Shown: positions 20,079 to 29,947, numbered from the stretch's first letter. The stretch is DNA of 64,000 nucleotides from Oligoflexales bacterium (GCA_041736175.1 JBGSUI010000014.1:64001-128000), one strand, 5' to 3'. Program-made: numbers and translations. Notes: generated by a model not told the origin, from the letters alone.

Positions 20079-20083
20079 GCCAC

Positions 20084-20563
20084 CTAAGATTTGATCAGAT
20101 CAGTATAGTATTTAAGATTAACCTTTTCAGCCTTTTCATTGAAAATAGACATGTTTTTGATTTCGGCGTTGGTGATTTGGGGAAACGATTTGTTTCCTGC
20201 TATTTTAACCCACTTTAGGGCACTCCAATTGGGTTTAATATCGTCACAGGTTACATGAACCTGGATGATATCTCCCCATGGATTATTAAGGATTAGCCAA
20301 AAGTCGACGACTGCCAAATAGGTCGTTGAATAGTTATAGACTTCTACTAAAACCATACCCTTTTTGCCGCGTTTTTCGGGAGGTGTGATTTTGAAGTTGA
20401 TATGTGGCCCCAGATCCTTCCGCTGTTTGTAAGCATCGCGATGGATGACCGTACGACTGACGGAGGAGGGAGAGGGATTAGACGGTCTTGTTGGGGCTGC
20501 TGCTAGGGATGTATTGTTAAGAATCAAAGTGAGGATGGCGACCAAAGACATTATATTTATCAT
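20084..20563 (-). CDS. Hypothetical secreted protein
   Basis: Signal peptide followed by a beta-rich domain. Confidence 0.55.
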   Translation of the reverse strand: MINIMSLVAILTLILNNTSLAAAPTRPSNPSPSSVSRTVIHRDAYKQRKDLGPHINFKITPPEKRGKKGMVLVEVYNYSTTYLAVVDFWLILNNPWGDIIQVHVTCDDIKPNWSALKWVKIAGNKSFPQITNAEIKNMSIFNEKAEKVNLKYYTDLIKS

Positions 20564-20631
20564 GCAAGGCCCAGCGCAGCAGGTTTTTTAGGACGAAAGA
20601 GGGGAAGGATGACCTTCCCCTTTTAGAGAGA

Positions 20632-21105
20632 CTATTTTTTAGGTTTTGGCTTGTTCCATTTAAGGGGCTTCGGCACCGTCGTGGTGAGGGCCTTGATGGA
20701 AACATATTGTTGGGGGCCAATTTTGCACCATTCGCCATTGATAACACAGTCGAGTTTTTCGCCGTGTTTTGCATAGCGTTTTACAGGAAAGGATTTGTCT
20801 GGACCAGTTCGCACATTGAGTGCAAGGGTCTTCACATAGCGCACCTGGGGCTGGCCATCAAACCCAGGGGCTTCCGTAGATTGAGGTGGTGGCGGTGGAG
20901 GAGGTGGCGGGGGTGGTGGAGGAGGGGCTGGTTCAGGCTCCGGAGCGGGCTGGGGTGCCGTCGCTTCAGCCTCGGAGTCTGCTTCACCACCATCTGCCTT
21001 AGCACTTCCCCCTTCTTCGACTGGCTCCTCGGCTTGCTCATCCCCTGAGCAGGCTCCGACGCCCGTCAAGAGACACATTATTAAAAGTCCCTTTTTCAAA
21101 ATCAT
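20632..21105 (-). CDS. Lipoprotein with poly-Pro linker and SH3b domain
   Basis: VGAC lipobox, proline run, ALNVRTGP...GEWCKI. Confidence 0.8.
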   Translation of the reverse strand: MILKKGLLIMCLLTGVGACSGDEQAEEPVEEGGSAKADGGEADSEAEATAPQPAPEPEPAPPPPPPPPPPPPPPQSTEAPGFDGQPQVRYVKTLALNVRTGPDKSFPVKRYAKHGEKLDCVINGEWCKIGPQQYVSIKALTTTVPKPLKWNKPKPKK

Positions 21106-21374
21106 GCCCAGCTCCTTTGCGGGTGCCCTAAGCTCCACAAATAATAAATTTAAAATAGTTCTATTGACTAATAGGTTGCCATGACATGGCCATAAACTCA
21201 AGTTTTTGACCATGGTCATCGGGACTTGGTTGTGATGAAATTAATAAAAAAAATGGGAATTGTTCCGTAATAACATGTAATTATAAATTAAAATGAATTT
21301 TTTGGGGACAAAAAAATCGAAAAAAAACTTGATCCAAGTCCAGATCTATGACACTTGATCAAAGCCGACCGTAT

Positions 21375-21461
21375 GCGAGCGTGTTGGAATTGGTAGACAA
21401 GCTGGTCTCAGAAGCCAGTGCCCGTAAGGGTGTGGAGGTTCAAGTCCTCTCGCTCGCACCA
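21375..21461 (+). tRNA. tRNA-Leu (CAG)
   Basis: 87 nt, GCGAGCG/CGCTCGC acceptor stem, CTGGT-CTCAGAA-GCCAG anticodon arm, long variable arm, CCA. Confidence 0.97.
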
Positions 21462-21554
21462 TAAAGTTTTTAGAGATCTGACTCAGGATTCTTAGTGCCT
21501 GCAGTCTACCCACCCTTAAACAATAAAAGTACAATTTGAGAGATGGGGGCTGGT

Positions 21555-21708
21555 ATGCATATTCTGTGGGATGAGGCAAAGGCTGAAAGCAACATCACGG
21601 AGGCTGCTGATTGTCGTTTGAAGTGATCGCGATGGCGATATAATCCGCATTATTTCAGCACGAAAAACAACAGCAAAAGAAAGGAGGATTTATGAAAAAG
21701 GAGTATGA
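21555..21708 (+). pseudogene. BrnT toxin remnant
   Basis: Aligns to 34317-34589 with a ~120 nt internal deletion and a TGG-to-TGA change. Confidence 0.85.
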
Positions 21709-21958
21709 CCTAAAAAAGCTTAGGGCGGTGAAAAAAGGTGCTGTCGTGCCTAAGAAAGGAACGACAGTGGCAAAAACTGTTCAAATTGATCTAGAAATTG
21801 TCACGTGGTTAGTCGCCGAATCAAATCGGCAAGGCTTGAAGTTTGAGTCGCTCCTTAACTCCTTTTTACGAGCCGCAATGACGGGCGGTGGTGCAGTCTT
21901 AACAGAAGAAAAGGTTCGGCAAATCGTTCGTGACGAATTAGAAAAGCACGCGTCCTAA
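21692..21958 (+). CDS. BrnA-like antitoxin (copy 1)
   Basis: MKKEYDL start, follows the brnT remnant; near-identical to 34573-34839. Confidence 0.8.
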   Translation: MKKEYDLKKLRAVKKGAVVPKKGTTVAKTVQIDLEIVTWLVAESNRQGLKFESLLNSFLRAAMTGGGAVLTEEKVRQIVRDELEKHAS

Positions 21959-21969
21959 AATTTTAACAA

Positions 21970-22002
21970 AACGCCCTTCCCTTCGTTAAAGGGAGGGCGT
22001 TC
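21970..22002. terminator. Hairpin downstream of brnA copy 1
   Basis: AACGCCCTTCCCTT...AAGGGAGGGCGTT inverted repeat. Confidence 0.55.
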
Positions 22003-22166
22003 TTGAGGCTGCTTAAAATCCTATGAACTCGATCGGCTTTTCTTGACACCGACCGTGTTGCGGCGGTTCCCCGCGGATGCTCCGGCCCGGGCGGGGGTTT
22101 CCGCGGCCTTTTCCCGGATGTCCTCGTCGCAGAGGTCCGGCAGGAGTGGGTGACGGCGGGACAATA

Positions 22167-23462
22167 TTAGGTACTAGCGACAATCCTAGGTAGTGCCAAA
22201 ATGGTGTTAGTTCCATCAGGAGCACCGATTTTTTCCTGGTGGTTGGAGACGCGCAACCATGTTCCTGCGAAACGATCTCCGACAAAAAAGAAATTGACGA
22301 TATGCCCCGCGCCTAACGTTTTCCATTCTCGCCCATCGGTCACTGGAATAGAGAGGGGTACCGGTTCAACACGATTTTGGACGGTCCAACTGCGCTGATC
22401 TTTAGCGGCGGACTCAAGATGAAGGGCCCATTCGTCATTGGAGCATTCAGATCCGAATTTTACCTGCTTCCCTTGGAAGCCAACCCCCGCTTTGCTGATC
22501 CAGAGGTCTTTGTCACGAAGAATGTTTTCTGCGATCTCTTGCCCATCGTCAAGCTTGCGGGTGTCAGGGATAAGTCGCTGAATAAGCTCGTGCTCCTCTT
22601 CGCTCAGAACATCTGCCACGTCGCTGGATCTTAGCGATCTTAGCAGGGCCAGGTTGACTTTGTTGTCATTGAGAGCCGAGTTTAATCCTAGATCACCTTG
22701 CGCAATTAAGTCCGAAGGAATTTTTGCAAATATTTCCTGCAAATCCTGACGCTCGTTGAAAAAGTGGGCATAGGCGAAGGCACGAAACACATAGGCCCTC
22801 GGGTGGCGGGGCACGTTCAGAATGTCGTCGCCTAGAACGAGGGATACCTCCAATCCCTTTTTGCGCAATGATTCGATGACTTGGGTGCGCTCGTTTTCCA
22901 AATCCTGAGGGCGGTCTTTAAGGTCCCACCAAAAAACTTTAAGTCCTGATTGCTGTTTGTCGCTTAAATAGTTTGCGAACAAATCAAAGGTTTTTAGGAC
23001 TTCGTCTAAACCACCTCGGCTCTCTTGCTGCCAGAATTGGCGGAGTTTGGGGTTTAGATTAAAAAAGCTCTTTGCATAGATCTCACCGTAAATGGCTAGT
23101 GCCCCGTTATCAATATTCATCTCAATAACTTTGAGGCCATCCCGGGTGAGTATGCAGTCTGGTCGAAAAATGCTCGGCTGCCATGGAAGGGCGTCGTGCT
23201 GGGCGAATGTTAGAAAGTCTTTTGGCATCCCCTGCATTTGTAAAAATGCGCTTCGCGACAAGCCTAAACGCCGGGGAAGATCGCAGATTAGTATCTTTAA
23301 TCGAAGCAAATCAGAGGCAGTCTTGTTGAGGCTTTGTTCATCGAATTCAATATCAGGGCAGGCAAAAAAAACAGGGCTCTCTCGCACCAGGTTAAATCGG
23401 TGCGCCCAGGTGGCGACTGCGGCAGAAATTTCCTGCGGGCAGCCCGCTATGTTCCACTTCAT
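22167..23462 (-). CDS. ATP-grasp-type amide ligase (glutathionylspermidine synthase / circularly permuted type)
   Basis: FRPDC...KVIEMN, DNKVNLALL, LIPDTR, WISKAGVGFQGKQV, WTVQNRV. Confidence 0.7.
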   Translation of the reverse strand: MKWNIAGCPQEISAAVATWAHRFNLVRESPVFFACPDIEFDEQSLNKTASDLLRLKILICDLPRRLGLSRSAFLQMQGMPKDFLTFAQHDALPWQPSIFRPDCILTRDGLKVIEMNIDNGALAIYGEIYAKSFFNLNPKLRQFWQQESRGGLDEVLKTFDLFANYLSDKQQSGLKVFWWDLKDRPQDLENERTQVIESLRKKGLEVSLVLGDDILNVPRHPRAYVFRAFAYAHFFNERQDLQEIFAKIPSDLIAQGDLGLNSALNDNKVNLALLRSLRSSDVADVLSEEEHELIQRLIPDTRKLDDGQEIAENILRDKDLWISKAGVGFQGKQVKFGSECSNDEWALHLESAAKDQRSWTVQNRVEPVPLSIPVTDGREWKTLGAGHIVNFFFVGDRFAGTWLRVSNHQEKIGAPDGTNTILALPRIVAST

Positions 23463-24715
23463 AATTCAACCTTTTTGGAGATTCTGACTTGAATCAAATG
23501 ATGAACAATAAAGACCGTCGCTAGCCCTACCCCATTTGCTAGTACCAGCAGGGTACTTAAAAATTGAGACTTTGAGGCGAAGTGAAACGAGTCACTGATT
23601 GTCTGACTTGCTAAAACTGCGCAGAGAAGTTGTGCGGCGGGCAAACAAATCCAGCTAAGGCCTCGGGCGGTTGCGAAGACTCTACCCCGATATTCCGCCC
23701 CCACGTTTTCCTGAAGCATCACTTTCGCCTTCAAATCGATGACACCAAGTAACATCCCTAACATGAAGTTAACCGCAAAGATGAACGACCTTTCGTCGAA
23801 AAGACCAATAACTATGTTAGCCACAGCGATCAGTGCCATCGGTACATGAAGTGTTTTAATCGCGCCCATTGCTTTTGGCCGGGTGCTCTGCAAGAAACCC
23901 ATGGCAAGGGACCCAAACGCTATCGCCGACAAGACGATTCCGGAGGTTTCTGATGAGTAACGCTCCAAAAAAAGGGGAGTTGAAAGATTCGTGCTTATAC
24001 CAGCAAAGAAATTGGACACGAAAAAAAGCGCAATAATTTGTAAAACCACGAAATTGCCACGAAGATATTCAAAACCTGCTTTTACCTCGCGAAAGTAACT
24101 GCCCGCCCTTGAATTTTGCCGCTTGCCAGCCCCAGACTTAAAGAACAAAAACACGACGATTGACGACAACAAAAAAGTCATACCGTCGAAAAGCAGAATG
24201 GCTTGAAGACTGACCCAAGACGAAAGAACTCCAGCCAATGACGGGGCAAGCAAGCCGGCAAATGAATTGGCAGTGGAGAAGTACCCGTTGTACCGTGATA
24301 AATCATCGCCGCTGAATGCCGCCGGCAAAAAAGAATTCAACGCGATCCATTGAAGAGCCCCAATACCCGCGGTTACAAAAACAAGGGTATAGATGATCCA
24401 CTGTTGACCACCGACCGTGCCTGAACCGTGCAAAAAAAGGCTCATCCCTGCGAGGATCGTCAGCAGACCTAAGGCAACGTCTCCGACGCCAAAAACAAAT
24501 CGAAAATTAGATCGGTCGACGAGGGCTCCCCCAAAGAGAGAGCTCAAGATATTAGGCAAAAAACTCAGGAATAAAATTAGACTGTATGCAGACACATTCT
24601 GGGTCTGACGATAGACCCAGAAGCCAATGGCAACGTGACTGATTCGGCTGCCCACCATCGATACAACCTGACCAAGAACAAACAGATTCATGGCCGCTTT
24701 TGGGACGGTTCTCAC
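23459..24715 (-). CDS. MFS exporter (macrolide-efflux/DHA3-like)
   Basis: About 12 TM segments, GQVVSMVGS, GALVDR, EYRGRVFA. Confidence 0.9.
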   Translation of the reverse strand: MRTVPKAAMNLFVLGQVVSMVGSRISHVAIGFWVYRQTQNVSAYSLILFLSFLPNILSSLFGGALVDRSNFRFVFGVGDVALGLLTILAGMSLFLHGSGTVGGQQWIIYTLVFVTAGIGALQWIALNSFLPAAFSGDDLSRYNGYFSTANSFAGLLAPSLAGVLSSWVSLQAILLFDGMTFLLSSIVVFLFFKSGAGKRQNSRAGSYFREVKAGFEYLRGNFVVLQIIALFFVSNFFAGISTNLSTPLFLERYSSETSGIVLSAIAFGSLAMGFLQSTRPKAMGAIKTLHVPMALIAVANIVIGLFDERSFIFAVNFMLGMLLGVIDLKAKVMLQENVGAEYRGRVFATARGLSWICLPAAQLLCAVLASQTISDSFHFASKSQFLSTLLVLANGVGLATVFIVHHLIQVRISKKVEL

Positions 24716-24939
24716 AGGAGGGCCTCGACACTTTGAGTGATTTTCGCAATCGAGCGAAGTCGGTCCCTTGCCAGTGCTTCTGGGGGGAGTTCGACGCCAA
24801 ATTCGCCTTCGATATCGACGACCAACTCCATCATCATAAGGGAGTCAAAGCCGTTGCCATAGAGGTCGGTATCGAATTCAATGACATGATTGACGCGTTT
24901 TTTCACGAGACCCAGGATTCTTTCAGAAACGTTAGGCAT
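24712..24939 (-). CDS. Stand-alone acyl/aminoacyl carrier protein
   Basis: 75 aa acidic protein with GFDSL phosphopantetheine motif and IEGEFGVELP; start overlaps the ligase stop. Confidence 0.88.
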   Translation of the reverse strand: MPNVSERILGLVKKRVNHVIEFDTDLYGNGFDSLMMMELVVDIEGEFGVELPPEALARDRLRSIAKITQSVEALL

Positions 24940-25981
24940 CACATTGTTCCTTTCTGACGCATGCCACGGCATATGCGGCTCGTTCGAGTCCGATTCCAAT
25001 ACAGGCTGAATGTCTGTTGTGCCCCTCTGGGAGGAAGCCACTCGTAAAATGATCTTGATGGTCGTTAAATGAAGCGATGGACATGGCAACGTCATCGATC
25101 TGGACAATCAGCTCCAGCTTGGATTGGTTTATGAGTTGGAGAATGGCCAACTTGGTGTCGGCAGGCTCGAAAAAAACATCATTGGCGGTCATGATCTCGA
25201 TCGGCAAATTGAAGTGCTGGGAAAAAATCTCTGCGAAAGCGAGGAAAAATTCTTTGAACCCTAGTAACTCCTTGCCGTCGCCGACCCAAATAACTTCGCG
25301 CACCTGAAAATGTCGCAACCTCTGCGATGGGTGCCGCTGGGGAGGATGAGGTGCAAATTGGCCGGCTTCATTGCGGTGGGCAAACCCCCGACTGACGAAA
25401 TATGCTTGCTTACCATTTGGCTCCACAAATCTAGCTAATTGAGGATACAAGCCAAGGCACACTGCGGGAGAAAGGCAAAAAGAGTCCGTCGCTTTTGGCT
25501 TGACCAGAAGTTCGGCAACTTGCTTCTCGTCACGGGGCAAATACCCCATTTTAACCAAGTCCGATCGCAAAACGATCTGGGGCAAAACGAGGCTTTTTGG
25601 TTCGAATGAAGCGAAATGTTGGAGGCAAAATTGATCTATCTCTTCGATGATGTTTGACATCTCGCCATATTCACCGATCACACCCGGGACAGCGGACATG
25701 GAAAAACCATCGATCATGCAGCCCTTGAGGCTCCTCATGGTAAGGGCATGTTCCTGGGGAATTTTTTTCGCTTGAGCCCGGCGAGCAAAATTTTTAACCT
25801 GACCTTGGAAACTGTTTACATGCTCAATCATGGGCTGAGTCAATGTCTCGGAGACCAGAAATAGCTGGCCAGCCTCTTCCTTCAGTTCAACGTCGACGCC
25901 GAATCCCGCCAAAAGTTGGCTTTGCAGCAATTGAGCTAGTTTGGGGTTAGAAAACTGAATTTCAATTTTGGGCATAATCAA
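24932..25981 (-). CDS. Amino acid:[carrier protein] ligase (atypical SerRS-like, class II aaRS paralog)
   Basis: LSPAVC..LYP, HRNE, RLRHFQVRE, ANDVFF, KLEL, SFNDHQDHF, HSACIGIGLER; no tRNA-binding arm; adjacent to a carrier protein. Confidence 0.88.
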   Translation of the reverse strand: MIMPKIEIQFSNPKLAQLLQSQLLAGFGVDVELKEEAGQLFLVSETLTQPMIEHVNSFQGQVKNFARRAQAKKIPQEHALTMRSLKGCMIDGFSMSAVPGVIGEYGEMSNIIEEIDQFCLQHFASFEPKSLVLPQIVLRSDLVKMGYLPRDEKQVAELLVKPKATDSFCLSPAVCLGLYPQLARFVEPNGKQAYFVSRGFAHRNEAGQFAPHPPQRHPSQRLRHFQVREVIWVGDGKELLGFKEFFLAFAEIFSQHFNLPIEIMTANDVFFEPADTKLAILQLINQSKLELIVQIDDVAMSIASFNDHQDHFTSGFLPEGHNRHSACIGIGLERAAYAVACVRKEQCDA

Positions 25982-28007
25982 ACCTCAAGTTCGATTCCAC
26001 TTCTTTGACGAAATCAAAAAAGTCCTCTTCCGATTTTTGGTACGTGAGGATTTCAACCGGGTAGTCAAAACCTCTTGGAGGCGGCGTATAATAGTCTCCA
26101 GGATTTTTCGTCCAAACCGATTGCAAGTGGGCAGGATGGGCCTCTATAAACTGCCTTCCGTGGATCTCACGGATGAGTCCATGCCCCTGGATTCGCGGAA
26201 CCAAATCCGCAAAAACCCCTGGTTGCCACTCGGGCACAAACTGTGCCTTAGGATCGAGGAATGGATAGCCACAGCTTTTAAATGCCAACCAAGTCAAAAA
26301 CCCGCCCCCTCCCATTCTAAAGTTAACCTCAATAATGCCGAGCCTATGCGTCTGATCATCAAAGCGAAACTCTATGTGTAAATAGGGTGCTTCTGTCCCC
26401 AAGGTTTTGCACAATTTTAAAAGGTGGGATCGAAATCGATCCCAAAGCATTTTTTGCTTATCGCCATTCAAGATATAGGTGTGGTCGAGAAGGAAGGATT
26501 GATGGGTCGCGGCCTTTTCAAAAATACCGATAACCTCATAGTGACCATTGATGTTTACCACTTCCGCGGCGTATTCGGATCCACTTAGCTCTTCTTCTGC
26601 CAAGATTTTAACCGTTTCATTCGCAGGAAAGAAAATTCGATGAAATCGCTTTATGTCATTGAAAGCTTGGTGCGCTTGTGAATGATCTGTGATCCGATAT
26701 ACCTGACAGCTTCCCCAACCCGACGACGTTTTCATGACGAATGGAAAAGTCCAGTTCTTGAGCGACTCAACAATCTCTACAGCCTGAAACTTAATCTCAA
26801 ATTCGCTGCCTTTCAGGCACTCTCGGACCTTCTGCTTGTTCATGTAGCCTGATTGGGGATCAGACATGGCCGATGCGTCGTCGAGATGCAGAATCGACGC
26901 CGTTGAATACTGTGAGGCAACATGGACTCCACATGTATCTAGGAGATCTTTGAGCACTTTTGATTGGGGGCTAATGCCCCGAACACGGTACTCCCTTTTC
27001 TTTTGAACATAGCGAGTGAAAAAAAGGTCCTCAATGTGAACTGTCAGATGTAAAAGCGAGAGAAAAATATCTTTAAATTGAGGGATGATTTTCGCCTGGC
27101 CTGTTAAACCAAATTTCTGGCTAAGAGCTACGACAATGTCGGTCAATTCATTCGTCTGTTGCAATAACGTCTGTATATCAGGGTCAAATATATTCTTTGC
27201 GTGCAGATAGTGCTTAACAAAAACCAAGAATGGTTTGTAGTGAAATTGGACTGGCCAAAAGAACTTAACGAGCAAAACACTTTTGTATCCGTTGCGAACC
27301 TTCTCCGCAAGGTCGTCAGAGTCAAGCTGCCAAGATTCCACTTCTTGAATCAATAATTCCGTGCCAGCGGCCTGGCCGTCGAATCGCTGACTACTTATTT
27401 TTTTCGCGACCTCTTCAATCTTGGTGTCGATTTTTTCCAGCCCAATGAATTCTTCAGGCTCTAGGGTCGCTAATTTTTTTATGCTTGAAAAAAAACGCAA
27501 AATCTGCAGATCCAAAACTTGGTTCACCTGATGGAGTTTCGAGAAAAAATAATCGAAATCGGTGGTTTTACGTACGAAGAAATCATCTCCGCGGAGTGAG
27601 GTCAGTTTAATCTGGCGACTGGATTCATCAAATATAGGCTCAACGACCCAGGTCGAAAGCAAGGTCTCGCCGGAAAGTTCGTTGGAATAGGTCATAAGAA
27701 AGACGCTCTGGGGGTCTTCTCCCCATAAGGCTTGCATTTTGATCCAAAGCTCATCGGAATTTTGCGCCTTAAGCTCTGCTTCCTGCAACACGTTATGGTC
27801 TTCGAGGAATCGCGCAAATTGGTTCTCCATTCCGACGACTCTACCGTTTTTTTTCTCGACTAGAATCCGATCATACAAAAGAAGCGGCAAGTGATGAATG
27901 CCGTGTTCAAAGTGCAAAAAAATCGAAGCGGGTCTCTCGTAGCAAATGAGCTCGCGATAGTCCTGATAGGCCGGGTCAGTCAGGAGATTGTGCCTAATCA
28001 TGGTCAC
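25962..28007 (-). CDS. ATP-grasp ligase with a large unknown N-terminal domain
   Basis: C-terminal half: NKQKVRE, FPFVMKTSSGWGS, EEELSGSEY, HIEFR, IIEVNFRMGG. Confidence 0.8.
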   Translation of the reverse strand: MTMIRHNLLTDPAYQDYRELICYERPASIFLHFEHGIHHLPLLLYDRILVEKKNGRVVGMENQFARFLEDHNVLQEAELKAQNSDELWIKMQALWGEDPQSVFLMTYSNELSGETLLSTWVVEPIFDESSRQIKLTSLRGDDFFVRKTTDFDYFFSKLHQVNQVLDLQILRFFSSIKKLATLEPEEFIGLEKIDTKIEEVAKKISSQRFDGQAAGTELLIQEVESWQLDSDDLAEKVRNGYKSVLLVKFFWPVQFHYKPFLVFVKHYLHAKNIFDPDIQTLLQQTNELTDIVVALSQKFGLTGQAKIIPQFKDIFLSLLHLTVHIEDLFFTRYVQKKREYRVRGISPQSKVLKDLLDTCGVHVASQYSTASILHLDDASAMSDPQSGYMNKQKVRECLKGSEFEIKFQAVEIVESLKNWTFPFVMKTSSGWGSCQVYRITDHSQAHQAFNDIKRFHRIFFPANETVKILAEEELSGSEYAAEVVNINGHYEVIGIFEKAATHQSFLLDHTYILNGDKQKMLWDRFRSHLLKLCKTLGTEAPYLHIEFRFDDQTHRLGIIEVNFRMGGGGFLTWLAFKSCGYPFLDPKAQFVPEWQPGVFADLVPRIQGHGLIREIHGRQFIEAHPAHLQSVWTKNPGDYYTPPPRGFDYPVEILTYQKSEEDFFDFVKEVESNLRFDYAQN

Positions 28008-28878
28008 CCCCTAAAACTATATCTGATGTTTGTTTAAGTGATTTCAAATGGTCCTCTGCAAGGGCATTGCAGCTCAGAATCTTAAATAAAAGGTCATGTG
28101 CCATGCGCAAACTATCAGTGGTCGATAAGCTGTGCTTTTGCAGTAAATTTAGCAGGCTAAGTCTAAGCTGCAAGATTTCATCTGGAAATTTAATCGACTC
28201 TAAAAAGTGATACCAACCAAAGTCAAGCAAATGGGGTTCCCAGGTTAACCGCATCAATTTACGCAAACAGGTAGCAAGCATGTATGTTTCGGAGGCATTC
28301 AGAAAAAACTGCTGTCTTTTGATTCTTTTTTTAATGAGAAAACTAAGGACTATAATTTCATCGCCGAGAGCCATAATGCTTTCCCGAGACTGTTTTTTAT
28401 CCTCAATGTACTTACTGACTTCTTCCGCCATATTTTGGTTGTTCAATGACGCGGGCTTAGCGTCCTGGCTAAAGACCAAAGTGGCTTTTGGTATCCGACG
28501 GATGGAATCGACCTGAGACAAGGGGAGTAAATACAGATCCAATTGATAGATTTTGTTTTCGAATGAAACCAAATAGACATAACCTAGACCACCAAAATTT
28601 GGCACGATCTTATCAAGCCACCCCGGACGAATGACGCTAAAATGTTGCTCTATGATCGCATCGAGGGAATCGACAGTTAAGATGTAGCTGTCGTCATTGA
28701 TCATCAAAACTAAATCGACGTCTGAACTGCGGTCATAGGAATTAGATGCAATAGAGCCTCTAATATAAGCTGAGTGCAAATAGGACTGACTGGAAAATAT
28801 GCCAAGTAGTTCGTCCAGGATGACGAAGTGAGCTGGGGGCGACTCCATCAGCACATCAATAAGTCTTCCATGTTTCAT
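27994..28878 (-). CDS. Pol-beta superfamily nucleotidyltransferase
   Basis: RGSIA...DRSSDVDL and a later LDLY motif. Confidence 0.8.
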   Translation of the reverse strand: MKHGRLIDVLMESPPAHFVILDELLGIFSSQSYLHSAYIRGSIASNSYDRSSDVDLVLMINDDSYILTVDSLDAIIEQHFSVIRPGWLDKIVPNFGGLGYVYLVSFENKIYQLDLYLLPLSQVDSIRRIPKATLVFSQDAKPASLNNQNMAEEVSKYIEDKKQSRESIMALGDEIIVLSFLIKKRIKRQQFFLNASETYMLATCLRKLMRLTWEPHLLDFGWYHFLESIKFPDEILQLRLSLLNLLQKHSLSTTDSLRMAHDLLFKILSCNALAEDHLKSLKQTSDIVLGGDHD

Positions 28879-29738
28879 TCTTTAACCCCTTTGCCAATAT
28901 AAAGCTCCCTCTTCGCGCTCCAGTGCTGGCTAAGGGAGGGGTCTCCACTAAAGTACTCCGTCAATAGGTCATAGGAGCTTTTGCCACCTAAGTCATACAA
29001 ATGAAAACTCTTGAGGAACTGGTCGACCACGGCACGTGAATGCCCAAGTCGCAGTAACTTATCGCGGTCAGCATCGCGCAATACAGGTGGATCTTTCTCG
29101 AACAAAACTTCACTATCCAGCCATTCATTTTTTATAAGATTCTCGAGTTGCTCGTCGATATAACAATCAAAAAGCAAGTGAATTCTCTCTTTCACGCCCA
29201 CATTTGCCGCACCGTGACGATGAGTCGGGTCCAGCTTCCAGAGGAAACCTCTCTTTAAATGCACATTAAATTCGGGAAAAGAAAAAAAGGCTCCGGAGTC
29301 GCTGACCAAAGGAAGGTGCAAGCGTACCCGTCGGGAGTTATTTAGTTCCCTGTAATCAACGTGCTCCCAAAGGTAAGAGTTCGACCCGAGTTTAGCGATC
29401 CTTAGCCACATGACGTTGAGGTTCAAACCTTCGACAAATTTTCTGGTTGTGGGCAGAAAATCTAAGATCTCCGTAGCCCGACCGGTACCGTCGTAGATTT
29501 CGTTTTGCGACATATCTCCACAAGGATTCATCAAGGTTACAGTTTTCCAGTTACCCGATTGGTATTCCCCATATGAGCTTTTCCATGGAAGGAGGTCAGA
29601 ATGAAATTCAATTTCTCCAGTCATCTTGATGAGATCGGTTTCCGGGATACAAGCCAGCTGCGAAACACTCTTTTTAAGACGATCTTTTTTTTCCGTTTGA
29701 AGAGCGGAACTTTGAGGTCCGCCATTAGATGATGTCAT
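28875..29738 (-). CDS. Fe(II)/2OG hydroxylase (Asp/Asn beta-hydroxylase / proline hydroxylase-like)
   Basis: LWEHVDY (HxD), RLHLPL, HGAAN...ERIHL. Confidence 0.85.
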   Translation of the reverse strand: MTSSNGGPQSSALQTEKKDRLKKSVSQLACIPETDLIKMTGEIEFHSDLLPWKSSYGEYQSGNWKTVTLMNPCGDMSQNEIYDGTGRATEILDFLPTTRKFVEGLNLNVMWLRIAKLGSNSYLWEHVDYRELNNSRRVRLHLPLVSDSGAFFSFPEFNVHLKRGFLWKLDPTHRHGAANVGVKERIHLLFDCYIDEQLENLIKNEWLDSEVLFEKDPPVLRDADRDKLLRLGHSRAVVDQFLKSFHLYDLGGKSSYDLLTEYFSGDPSLSQHWSAKRELYIGKGVKE

Positions 29739-29947
29739 TGATGGCTCCCATTTGTTCGTCGGCCTGTGAATCGAGTAAGTTACGAGAGTCTAGTCGATTC
29801 GGCTGGTGACATTTGGGGCGGCAGATTAAAAAATTGACTGTCTCGCAAGTCGAAGGTCTTTGTATCAAGAAGTATGTCTCCTTTCAATGTGGAATGAGCT
29901 GGGTTTAGAAGCAGATAGCCGCAACGGACGTTGACCAGGGGTGTAAG

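Noticed and set aside
21964..22002. Integron attC site after brnA
   Set aside because: No clear RYYYAAC...GTTRRRY box pairing and no intI; the hairpin is adequately explained as a terminator.
24940..25107. N-terminal extension of the carrier protein in the ORF track
   Set aside because: It overlaps the ligase catalytic C-terminus; the ATG at 24939 gives a normal 75 aa carrier.
24932..25981. Housekeeping seryl-tRNA synthetase
   Set aside because: Too short, lacks the tRNA-binding domain and is coupled to a carrier protein gene.
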